Of a stretch of DNA of 64,000 nt, positions 39,730 to 47,766 are shown piece by piece; positions within the stretch are counted from its first letter, which is position 1; the number at the start of each line of letters is the position of its first letter. Made by a program: the position numbers and the translations under genes. The DNA is from a virus: the IMG/VR virus record IMGVR_UViG_3300006310_000773. The stretch is one strand, 5' to 3'. A model generated the notes under the pieces. That model saw only the letters and a list, made by a program, of their open reading frames with translations. It ran no database searches and was not told the DNA's origin.

Positions 39730-41133
39730 TTATACAGTTATCCAACCTCGTGCCACATTATAATATACTAGCTCTTTGGCCTGTCCATTTGTACTCATGA
39801 CAAAATTACTCGTTGCTCCATCAATTTTATGATTATTTCTATTGATGGTAATATTATTTGATGCAGCATTTTGAGATGCATCAACAATTCTTATATGATC
39901 TCCCATTACTCCTGTTTGTGGTAAAGTTACTATCAAAGATGAAGTGGAAACATCACACAATAACCAATCTCCCGCACTTGCAGTTCTAGCACCATCTATT
40001 TCCATCCAAATACCAATATCACTTGTATAAACTGGTGTTCTTTGATCATCTGCTCCAGGACCAACAGCACCACCCATACCTGCATGGTTTGCACAATAAA
40101 TGTAAATAATATCGGGAGTATCCCAAGCTGTGGTAATATTTACTCTTGCATTGGCAGACCCCGCTGTTCCAACATGTTCAACTCCTGTTGACAATGCTGT
40201 TCCGCCTGTGTGTGTTCCATCTGGAGATGCTGAAAAATTTAATATATGACCTGAATTTGAACCAGCACTTACATCAAAACGATATACCATTCCTTTTTGT
40301 AAACGAATAGTGGGTCTAATGTGTGTGGACGTTTTCATTTTTTGTCCATCCAACTCAAAAACATTTTGAGATGAACTTCCATCATCTGCGACAGTTACTA
40401 CAATTTGTGATGTGATATTATTATCTACATATGCTTTAACTGATTGTTGTGTTACCAATGCGGTCGCAGAATTACTTGTTAAATCATCCTCATCTAAACA
40501 TGAGTCTATTGAACCAAGTCCTGGTCTCGCTAGGGTTGCAACTCCATTATTAATAACTACTACACCTGTATTGGCTGCGGAAGAAGAACTAAAATCTTTT
40601 CCGGTTCCACCAAACATTGTACCAACTGGTGTAGATTGCCAGGTTCCAGCGACTATAGCACCCAAAGTTATAAGATTAGTTGATCCCACCTCTGGTGACA
40701 ATCCTGCAGTTCCAGGTGCAGCACTTGTCCAATTGCCGGTATTGTAATATATAATATCGCCTTGAGTGGCTGATGGGGAAGTTACGTCTGCTATGGAACT
40801 AAGATTAACTGAAGCAACATGTGCTACAGTTGCCATTGTGGAAGTATTCGCTTTTATTGCTATTGTATCTGTTGCTTGGGCTTCACAGAATATGGAAGTA
40901 TCCGCCCCCTTAACAGTCATTGTGGCGGCTTGACCAATGGTTTCTGGCGATCCACCATCCGCAGCAACGGTAAAAGATGCAAATGTTCCATCCGCTATTG
41001 ATATTAAATTTCCTACCGTTGCTCTTTTAACTCTTTCTGTATCATCTGATGTATCATAAACAAGTACTGAATCTGCGGTAGATATATCATCCGGATTCAT
41101 TTCTGTCAGTTCACTTATTGGTCTATTTGCCAT
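39730..41133 (-). CDS. Fiber-like virion protein with a cupredoxin-like domain
   Basis: DEDDLTSNSATALVTQQSVKAYVD fiber motif; GH...YCANHAGMG; C-terminal VTLP..GD.IRIVDA..NNITI repeat unit. Confidence 0.7.
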   Translation of the reverse strand: MANRPISELTEMNPDDISTADSVLVYDTSDDTERVKRATVGNLISIADGTFASFTVAADGGSPETIGQAATMTVKGADTSIFCEAQATDTIAIKANTSTMATVAHVASVNLSSIADVTSPSATQGDIIYYNTGNWTSAAPGTAGLSPEVGSTNLITLGAIVAGTWQSTPVGTMFGGTGKDFSSSSAANTGVVVINNGVATLARPGLGSIDSCLDEDDLTSNSATALVTQQSVKAYVDNNITSQIVVTVADDGSSSQNVFELDGQKMKTSTHIRPTIRLQKGMVYRFDVSAGSNSGHILNFSASPDGTHTGGTALSTGVEHVGTAGSANARVNITTAWDTPDIIYIYCANHAGMGGAVGPGADDQRTPVYTSDIGIWMEIDGARTASAGDWLLCDVSTSSLIVTLPQTGVMGDHIRIVDASQNAASNNITINRNNHKIDGATSNFVMSTNGQAKELVYYNVARGWITV

Positions 41134-41735
41134 TACATTCGCCTTGAAGAATAAAAAATATGTCTATCTATTGTTACAGTTTTTATTTTTGTAGTAGTCC
41201 ATCTCGGAGCACTAATATAATCTGCATGATAAAATGTAGCTCCGTCAGTTATATCAACCAAATCATCTGTTTCTAATAAAAATTTTGCCAATTCTACAGA
41301 ATTTTCCCAAAGTTTTCCTCGAAACGGTCTGTCATGTTTACCATCACAATACCAACTGAATTGGCATCTATCTCTAACTGGAAATCCACTTTTATAATGT
41401 TTTCCTTCATATATTACATCACATACTGTATTTGGAAAACTTATACTATCTTTTCTATTTAGTACCACTTGTCCGACGGCGATTTTGCCTGCGGTGGATT
41501 CTGTTGAAGCTTCAAAATATATATTTTTAGACATACATTCCAATTCTATAGGATCTACTTGGGCCACATTTAGTTGAAAATTTTCCTTTGATATCATCAA
41601 CATTGGAGGCATTGCGTCTGTATGAGCGCGTTTAATGGAAAATGCTTCTGGATTCCAATATTGATTAAGAGAATTTCCTCCTATACTAAATGGTAAAAAT
41701 ATTAATATAGTAAAAAATATAAGTATTCGTAGCAT
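41133..41735 (-). CDS. Cell wall hydrolase (SleB/Hydrolase_2)
   Basis: CMSKNIYFEA, VGQVVLNR, CQFSWYCDG, GATFYHA, IDRHIFY; N-terminal signal/TM. Confidence 0.9.
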   Translation of the reverse strand: MLRILIFFTILIFLPFSIGGNSLNQYWNPEAFSIKRAHTDAMPPMLMISKENFQLNVAQVDPIELECMSKNIYFEASTESTAGKIAVGQVVLNRKDSISFPNTVCDVIYEGKHYKSGFPVRDRCQFSWYCDGKHDRPFRGKLWENSVELAKFLLETDDLVDITDGATFYHADYISAPRWTTTKIKTVTIDRHIFYSSRRM

Positions 41736-41879
41736 GTTACCTCATGTATTGGGTTATAGGGTGCCCACCGTTAATAAAATTTAATTGGATTTTTGCGAAG
41801 CGCATGGCTTCATTTGGTATGTATTCATGATAGGCAATTTTAAAACCTTTCTTAAAGAGTGTAGTATTATTTAGGTACA

Positions 41880-42428
41880 CTAAACGGCTTCAGCCCTTGT
41901 AACTTCAAGAATCCTATCAATTTGTGCCTGTAATTTACCCGTCCTATTAGGCCAATATATATACTCTTTGCTTGGGTTTTTCATAAGATTTTTCAAAAGT
42001 GGAATAATCATTTTTTCCATTTTTTCCATCCTATCTTTTAATTGTCTATCAATTTCTACTTTTCTCTCTTCTACTTCATCTATAACTGCTCGAATACTAG
42101 AACCTTGTTCCGTAACTGCAGATACTAATTCTTGTGATTGCATTGTGAGAATCTTGTCTACTTTTTCTTCAACTCGATCCCATTGATCTGAATTTAAATT
42201 CCAATCATCGCCACCACTATCTTTATCTACTAGTGATCCCAATGCATCTATTTTTTTAATAATAGATTTTACATCATCTGTTAAATCTTTACTAACCGCG
42301 GTTGCAGCCTGAGTAGAAATTTCTTTTGTTCTTTCTTCAGCGGAAGCTTGAGTTCCTTCAACCTCTTCTGCTCCACTAAAACTAAATCCAAAATCAAAAT
42401 CATCATCCCATACTTCTTCTTCTGCCAT
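41880..42428 (-). CDS. Conserved T4-like phage hypothetical protein
   Basis: DDFDFGFS N-terminus; IIPLLKNLMKNPSKEYIYWPNR C-terminus. Confidence 0.65.
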   Translation of the reverse strand: MAEEEVWDDDFDFGFSFSGAEEVEGTQASAEERTKEISTQAATAVSKDLTDDVKSIIKKIDALGSLVDKDSGGDDWNLNSDQWDRVEEKVDKILTMQSQELVSAVTEQGSSIRAVIDEVEERKVEIDRQLKDRMEKMEKMIIPLLKNLMKNPSKEYIYWPNRTGKLQAQIDRILEVTRAEAV

Positions 42429-43624
42429 TATTTGAATCCTATCGCTTTAAGTTGTTTAATTGTATTTGCTGCACTGGTATGATGTATTCCTATTCCTCCC
42501 GCTTTTCTAAATTCTGCAATATTTTGTTCATGATCATCAATCAGAATATTGGGTCTTCTATCTCTACCATCTTTAGCAAATTGTTTTTTATCACGTCTTG
42601 AAACTGCTCTCATACTATTTTTTTCAACATTAAAATGTTTTAGCATCCATTTTGTCTTATCAGCTCCCGCCCTATCAGCGATTTTTCCCCTTTTATGTGT
42701 TGGTATTGCTGTAAGCATAAAGGGATTGAGTTTACCAATAAAATTCCAAAGTCGTTTCGCATCTTTCATTGGTGGTAATTTATAGAAAAAATCGTCTGGT
42801 AATTCCTCCCAACGCTCATCTTTAAACTTTCCACCAATCATTTCCTTAACTCCCGCATCAAAATCCGCTACAACTCCATCCATATCACAATAAATTTGAG
42901 GATTATCAAATTCATCTAATTCAAAATATTCTTTAAAAGTTTGAGATTTTTTTAATTTCTTTTCCCTTTCAATCCATTTTTTAGCTTTATAATTTTCTAC
43001 AGGTTTCTGTATTATTTTTTTTAATATTTTATAAACACTTCTAAATGGATCACGTGCTTCAGTTTCAGTATTATTATCAACAATTATAAATTTATCAGCA
43101 CCAAAATATTCTTGAAATTTTCCTATATTTGACTGAACATTTTCCCAACTCTTTTTTACTATGTCATCTCTTAATTTTCTAGGTCTTCGACTATTTCTTT
43201 TTAAAGCGACATCTAATGATGTATTAACAAATATCATCATTGTATCATAACCCAACCCCCGCAATCCTTCTGATGCTGATTGAAGTCTGTCAAATTTATG
43301 GCCTGTGCCATCTACAATTAAACCTAATCTTCCGTCCATCCATTGTTTCATTCTCATTTTTGTAAGGGATTTTGCCTTATCTCTAATCACTTGAGATTTC
43401 TCGAAATCCTTTTCTGTATATTTCGTGAAGTCTGTTCCCAATCCAGAAGATGTTAATTTTAATTCATATATTTCATCTGAATTCACAATCTTCATTCCTA
43501 GTCCAGCTGTTGAATGACCGGCAACCCACGACTTTCCAGAACCAGGACCTCCTGCCATGAAAACTGCTTTAAAAATTGAAGGATCATACATTCCTTCAAT
43601 TAAGAATTCATTAAATTGCTTCAT
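42428..43624 (-). CDS. P-loop kinase (zeta/AAA_33-like) fused to a HAD 5'-nucleotidase
   Basis: GGPGSGKS, LIVDGTG; DMDGVVADF, LIDD; likely start MKQFNEFLIE at 43624. Confidence 0.8.
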   Translation of the reverse strand: MKQFNEFLIEGMYDPSIFKAVFMAGGPGSGKSWVAGHSTAGLGMKIVNSDEIYELKLTSSGLGTDFTKYTEKDFEKSQVIRDKAKSLTKMRMKQWMDGRLGLIVDGTGHKFDRLQSASEGLRGLGYDTMMIFVNTSLDVALKRNSRRPRKLRDDIVKKSWENVQSNIGKFQEYFGADKFIIVDNNTETEARDPFRSVYKILKKIIQKPVENYKAKKWIEREKKLKKSQTFKEYFELDEFDNPQIYCDMDGVVADFDAGVKEMIGGKFKDERWEELPDDFFYKLPPMKDAKRLWNFIGKLNPFMLTAIPTHKRGKIADRAGADKTKWMLKHFNVEKNSMRAVSRRDKKQFAKDGRDRRPNILIDDHEQNIAEFRKAGGIGIHHTSAANTIKQLKAIGFK

Positions 43625-44219
43625 TCGGCTTTCCTTCAAAGATTGTAAGCCATTGTTCACCATGTAATTTATTATAATACATGCTTGTTTCTAATTTTTC
43701 TTCCATAACAAAAGATTCCTCTTTCATTTTTAATAGAAACTTTTTATCTCTGTGTGAGCCTTTATGTAATTTTGAGAATAAATCTTGAAATTGGTTTCCT
43801 CTATTATCAACAGAAATACTTTTGCCCCCATGATTAAAATTTGCATGAACTTTACCATGAGAATTTCCTGGAGAAGTATTTGTTCCTAAAAGTGAAAAAT
43901 CATCTTTCTCTTTGTGGATTACTGAATGTTGATCATATTTTTTTCCTAAACCCATCATGTGTTTTCTTTCAATATTAGGAATAAGAAGAGATTTTTCTTT
44001 AACAAATCCTCCCTCTTCTTTATAACCACCTCTCATTTCAATATATCCATGTCCAAGTTTTCGAACATGATTTTTTAAATCAGAAAAGCGTTTTTCATTC
44101 TCTTCAGGTGAATGTTCCTGCCTATGTGGTGATATTAAACCAAACTTAGGAGTTTTATTCACATGATGCATAACTCTCGATAAACTAGATTCTACTAAAT
44201 GATTCTTAAATGTTTTCAT
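43611..44219 (-). CDS. Hypothetical protein with capsid-targeting-like N-terminus
   Basis: MKTFKNHLVESSLSR; GGYKE..EKS..GKKYDQHSV pattern. Confidence 0.65.
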   Translation of the reverse strand: MKTFKNHLVESSLSRVMHHVNKTPKFGLISPHRQEHSPEENEKRFSDLKNHVRKLGHGYIEMRGGYKEEGGFVKEKSLLIPNIERKHMMGLGKKYDQHSVIHKEKDDFSLLGTNTSPGNSHGKVHANFNHGGKSISVDNRGNQFQDLFSKLHKGSHRDKKFLLKMKEESFVMEEKLETSMYYNKLHGEQWLTIFEGKPNEAI

Positions 44220-44256
44220 TTATATATCCTTATTAAATTTTATTTCAGTTACATAT

Positions 44257-44286
44257 ATCATACCACGAAACTAGGAAAATTGTCAA
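44257..44286 (-). promoter_or_regulatory. Sigma70-like promoter
   Basis: TTGACA-18-TATGAT. Confidence 0.55.
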
Positions 44287-44300
44287 GTTTTAAATATTTA

Positions 44301-44981
44301 TTAATTCCCACCATTCCTACATTGTATTGTTCCTTGACACGCCAAATGTTTCATTCCTTCCAACAAGAACAGCATTTCATCAATAAATGCATCAAGCCCT
44401 CTTATTAGGTACGGATAGATAAATTCTCCAACCGGCCCTCGTAATAAGAATACTAAAACTGCTCCCACCATTCCCCAAAGGAAACTCATGTATGACCACT
44501 TGAGAAATTTGTATTTACTGAGAGCAAGAACTTTTCCTTGTCCGTATATGTCTCCCGCAAGTGCATCATATACGATATCATCTGTCATCAATTTTTCTGC
44601 GTAATCTTCTTTATATTCTTCAATATCTATATGAGCAAAATGACCAAAAAATAAAGGATTAAAATGCGGAGATGATCTGTCTATATCTCCATGTCTGTCT
44701 TTTGGATAATCCGTCTTTGGTATAATAGCAAATATCGCAAACAATAATGAGAAGAAACTGCCCGTTGCAAATGTTAGTAGAGGCCATTTCATCACCTCAT
44801 TGTCCAGGTTTGCTATCGTTATAGAAAATACAATAGATGCAACAGTAATCATTATATTAGCTTTTGCATCTGCCATCAACCCCAATCTCATTTGATTACC
44901 GTGATTGAGGCGGAGAATATTATCTACTGCAGTACGATCTTCAGGTACTTTTGAAAATTGATTAATTTCTTCTTTTTCCAC
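44301..44981 (-). CDS. Pycsar transmembrane effector-like protein (PycTM/DUF5706)
   Basis: MADAKANIMIT, two TMs ending AIIP, NPLFFGHF, DIYGQGKVLALSKYKFLKWSY, third TM. Confidence 0.82.
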   Translation of the reverse strand: MEKEEINQFSKVPEDRTAVDNILRLNHGNQMRLGLMADAKANIMITVASIVFSITIANLDNEVMKWPLLTFATGSFFSLLFAIFAIIPKTDYPKDRHGDIDRSSPHFNPLFFGHFAHIDIEEYKEDYAEKLMTDDIVYDALAGDIYGQGKVLALSKYKFLKWSYMSFLWGMVGAVLVFLLRGPVGEFIYPYLIRGLDAFIDEMLFLLEGMKHLACQGTIQCRNGGN

Positions 44982-44990
44982 ATCATGCCC

Positions 44991-46106
44991 CTATTTCAAT
45001 GGTGGGGCATATAATAATCCTCCATGATTGTATAATTTATTCAGACCACGTTCTAATCCTATAGGTGTATCCGGCCCCACATTACGTTCATATATTTCTT
45101 TGTAATTTCCAATCAATTTAATAACGTTATATGACCAAGATGCCTCTAGTCCAAGTTTAGCTCCAAGATGGGGATGATCTTTTCCATTTTTTTCACCCAT
45201 AAATCTTTGAATGTTTGGGTCTATGTGATTCTTGAACAAGTCAATGTTCTTTGAATTAATGCCCATCTCTTCTGCAATAAACAAAACATATACTGTCCAT
45301 CGAACTATGTCTGTCCATTTCTGATCTCCATACTTGACAACTGGCCCCAATGGTTCCTTTGAGATAATCTCTGGAAGTATCATGTGACGGGCAGGGTCAT
45401 CAAAACTTAATCTATTCGATGCAAGACCAGACCTATCCGTACCATACATATCACAGTCACCCCTTTTGTATACGTTCTTTGTTTTTTCGTTAGGGGGTAC
45501 TGCGACAGGGATATAGTTTATTCCATGTAACTCAAAAAAGTCTGCAATGTTCTTTGCAGCTGTTCCACTACCACTAAAACATATCCTTGCACCTTCCATC
45601 TGTTTTGCAGAAGATACTCCAAGAGTTTTTCTTACAATGAATCCTTGACCATCGTAATAGGTTGTAGGTAGGAATTCTAGTTTCTTTGCAACATTCCTTG
45701 TATAAGTAAATGTGGTTGCAGCAGAAAGAATATCTATAGAACCATCTATTAAGAATTCAAATCGGGTCTTACCATTGACTATAGTAAATTCGATTGCATC
45801 TGCATCACCGAATATTGCAGCTGCAACTGCACGACATATATCAACATCAAAACCTTCCCACCTATCACCATCTTCATTATTCCATATTTCCTGAGAGAAG
45901 CCGGGAAACTCATCATTGGTTCCACAAATGACATATCCTCTTTTCTTCACTCGTTCAAATGTTGAATTATACGTTGGAACATATTCTGATTTTGGTGCAC
46001 CAACTCCAAGTTTTTCTTTCATTGGATCTTGGCCCTCAGCAGGAGACAATGCCATCATCCAAAATACCCAAATTAAAGATACAACAAGTTTACCTACCAT
46101 TATCAT
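44991..46106 (-). CDS. aapJ: General L-amino-acid ABC transporter substrate-binding protein (AapJ/BztA-like)
   Basis: Signal peptide; GFDVDICRAVAAAIFGD, YYDGQGF, PEIISKEPLGP, GNYKEIYERNVG, GGLLYAPP. Confidence 0.9.
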   Translation of the reverse strand: MIMVGKLVVSLIWVFWMMALSPAEGQDPMKEKLGVGAPKSEYVPTYNSTFERVKKRGYVICGTNDEFPGFSQEIWNNEDGDRWEGFDVDICRAVAAAIFGDADAIEFTIVNGKTRFEFLIDGSIDILSAATTFTYTRNVAKKLEFLPTTYYDGQGFIVRKTLGVSSAKQMEGARICFSGSGTAAKNIADFFELHGINYIPVAVPPNEKTKNVYKRGDCDMYGTDRSGLASNRLSFDDPARHMILPEIISKEPLGPVVKYGDQKWTDIVRWTVYVLFIAEEMGINSKNIDLFKNHIDPNIQRFMGEKNGKDHPHLGAKLGLEASWSYNVIKLIGNYKEIYERNVGPDTPIGLERGLNKLYNHGGLLYAPPLK

Positions 46107-46573
46107 TGCAATGCCCGATATACTTCTAACAATTCTTCATCTGCGATCGGGGCGGTCATAGTATAATATCTCTGGTGGCCAACCGACATGAATGCTTTAA
46201 TGTCAGAAAAACTTGGATATTTCATTAAGAGATTATGAAGAAGATAATCTGGACTCAAGTGGCACGATGCACATTGATTATCCTTTGCAAATACTCTGGT
46301 TGATTTCTTGAATCGTTCAGATTGAACTAATACAGAGTTGAGATCCTTTTCCATCCATGTAACTTTTTCTTCTATATCTGGAATAACCAAAAAGGTTAAG
46401 TATATAAGAAGTGCAATAATAACATAGATAAATGATTTACTCGCAACTATTTGGTCTTTAGCAGAAAGTTCCATTTGTTGAACTTCATCTACTTTTTTAT
46501 CTATTTCTTCAATATCATGTTGTAGTATTTTTTGATCTTTTCCATTTGCAACAATTTTTTCTTTTTCAGCCAT
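46103..46573 (-). CDS. Membrane-anchored c-type cytochrome-like protein
   Basis: One TM, then CASCH (CxxCH) and a C-terminal M..PIADEEL.EVY class-I-like helix. Confidence 0.6.
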   Translation of the reverse strand: MAEKEKIVANGKDQKILQHDIEEIDKKVDEVQQMELSAKDQIVASKSFIYVIIALLIYLTFLVIPDIEEKVTWMEKDLNSVLVQSERFKKSTRVFAKDNQCASCHLSPDYLLHNLLMKYPSFSDIKAFMSVGHQRYYTMTAPIADEELLEVYRALQ

Positions 46574-46580
46574 AATTACC

Positions 46581-46925
46581 TCACTTCTTTCCTGCTTCGT
46601 TTAACTTCTTGGTGATTTGCTGTTGAAACCATTTGAGAACAATCGGTATGCTCACATTAGATGTCAATCCAAAAAGATAACCGATGGGATAACGATAACT
46701 TTCATAGGCCGCAAGTTGTGGAACATTTGTAAATACAATAGAAATCAACAAATATCCAGTTGCTGACATTCCCATATTGATAACTAAATCAAGTAAAATC
46801 AACCATCCATGACCGTTATACTTATCCTTATTATCCTGTCTGTAATTAAACAGAAATATCCAAAATGATGAAAATAATACCAATCCAAGCATCATCATTT
46901 CAGAAGTGTTAAATAAATCAATCAT
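46581..46925 (-). CDS. Three-TM membrane protein (holin-like)
   Basis: Three hydrophobic segments and a basic C-terminal tail. Confidence 0.55.
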   Translation of the reverse strand: MIDLFNTSEMMMLGLVLFSSFWIFLFNYRQDNKDKYNGHGWLILLDLVINMGMSATGYLLISIVFTNVPQLAAYESYRYPIGYLFGLTSNVSIPIVLKWFQQQITKKLNEAGKK

Positions 46926-46937
46926 ATTATGTTACCT

Positions 46938-47108
46938 TTATTTTCCTTCAATTCTATTAAAAAATTCTATAGATTTTATAAGTTGTTCAATCTGATCTGT
47001 ATGTGACAGCGATTGATATATAAGTAATCCAAATGTGAATAGAACTATAAACCATAAACATGTGAATGATATTAACACAAGTTTAGATATTAATTCTTCT
47101 TCTTTCAT
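46938..47108 (-). CDS. Small single-TM protein (56 aa, not in the ORF track)
   Basis: MKEEELISKLVLISFTCLWFIVLFTFGLLIYQSLSHTDQIEQLIKSIEFFNRIEGK; ATG overlaps the upstream stop (ATGA). Confidence 0.6.
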   Translation of the reverse strand: MKEEELISKLVLISFTCLWFIVLFTFGLLIYQSLSHTDQIEQLIKSIEFFNRIEGK

Positions 47109-47365
47109 TTATCTTCCAATTGATAATTAAATGCTTTTGTATCCTTTGATGCTGGTTTTGCCATTGGTCTAAGCCAAACATAAATTACCATACTGCTCGT
47201 TGGTGATGGAAATTTAAAGGTTGGTTTACCCTTCCTCATACCAATATCATCAGTTGCATTAACTGGATGTCTTGCGAGTTTGCGTTTCTTGATTTCATCA
47301 CTAACATACTTGTCAAGTTTTCTGTCTAAACGCGTTTCTTTGAGATATTCTTTAAAATTTATCAT
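47105..47365 (-). CDS. Hypothetical protein with capsid-targeting-like N-terminus
   Basis: MINFKEYLKE; coupled to g16. Confidence 0.6.
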   Translation of the reverse strand: MINFKEYLKETRLDRKLDKYVSDEIKKRKLARHPVNATDDIGMRKGKPTFKFPSPTSSMVIYVWLRPMAKPASKDTKAFNYQLEDK

Positions 47366-47766
47366 TTATTCTTCTTATCCTTTATCAACTTTAATAAATC
47401 TGTAGTTGATCCAACATACAAATTATTATTAACTGATGCTGGTCCTGTTGGTGCTTTGTTTGTTAATTCTTTTTTAACTTTTTGAAGATTTACCAATTTT
47501 TCATTAGTTTCTCCAAGATTTTTAATCAGTTGTGAAGCAACTTCAAAATGTCTTGCATGCTCTGTCGATTTTGCTATTTCTAATAATTCATCTAATGCGT
47601 CATGTCCCTTTTCCATTAAATTATAATAATTTTCTCTTGAATATCTATAATCAGTTTTAAAATCCTCATCATCTGAATCTACTGTTAATCTTTTTTCTGT
47701 CTTTTCTGGAAGAGTTGTTATTGGGTCTTCAACCAAAACTTCTTGAACTAAATCTTTTATGTCCAT
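47362..47766 (-). CDS. g16: Terminase small subunit gp16
   Basis: DYRYSRENYY, HARHFEVA, NNNLYVGSTTDL. Confidence 0.92.
   Translation of the reverse strand: MDIKDLVQEVLVEDPITTLPEKTEKRLTVDSDDEDFKTDYRYSRENYYNLMEKGHDALDELLEIAKSTEHARHFEVASQLIKNLGETNEKLVNLQKVKKELTNKAPTGPASVNNNLYVGSTTDLLKLIKDKKNK

Noticed and set aside
44199-47108. Host-chromosome contamination or prophage boundary at the aapJ block
   Set aside because: The block is flanked on both sides by phage genes with overlap coupling (g16 side and CTS-bearing ORFs) and lacks the rest of the aap operon. Read mapping would confirm this.
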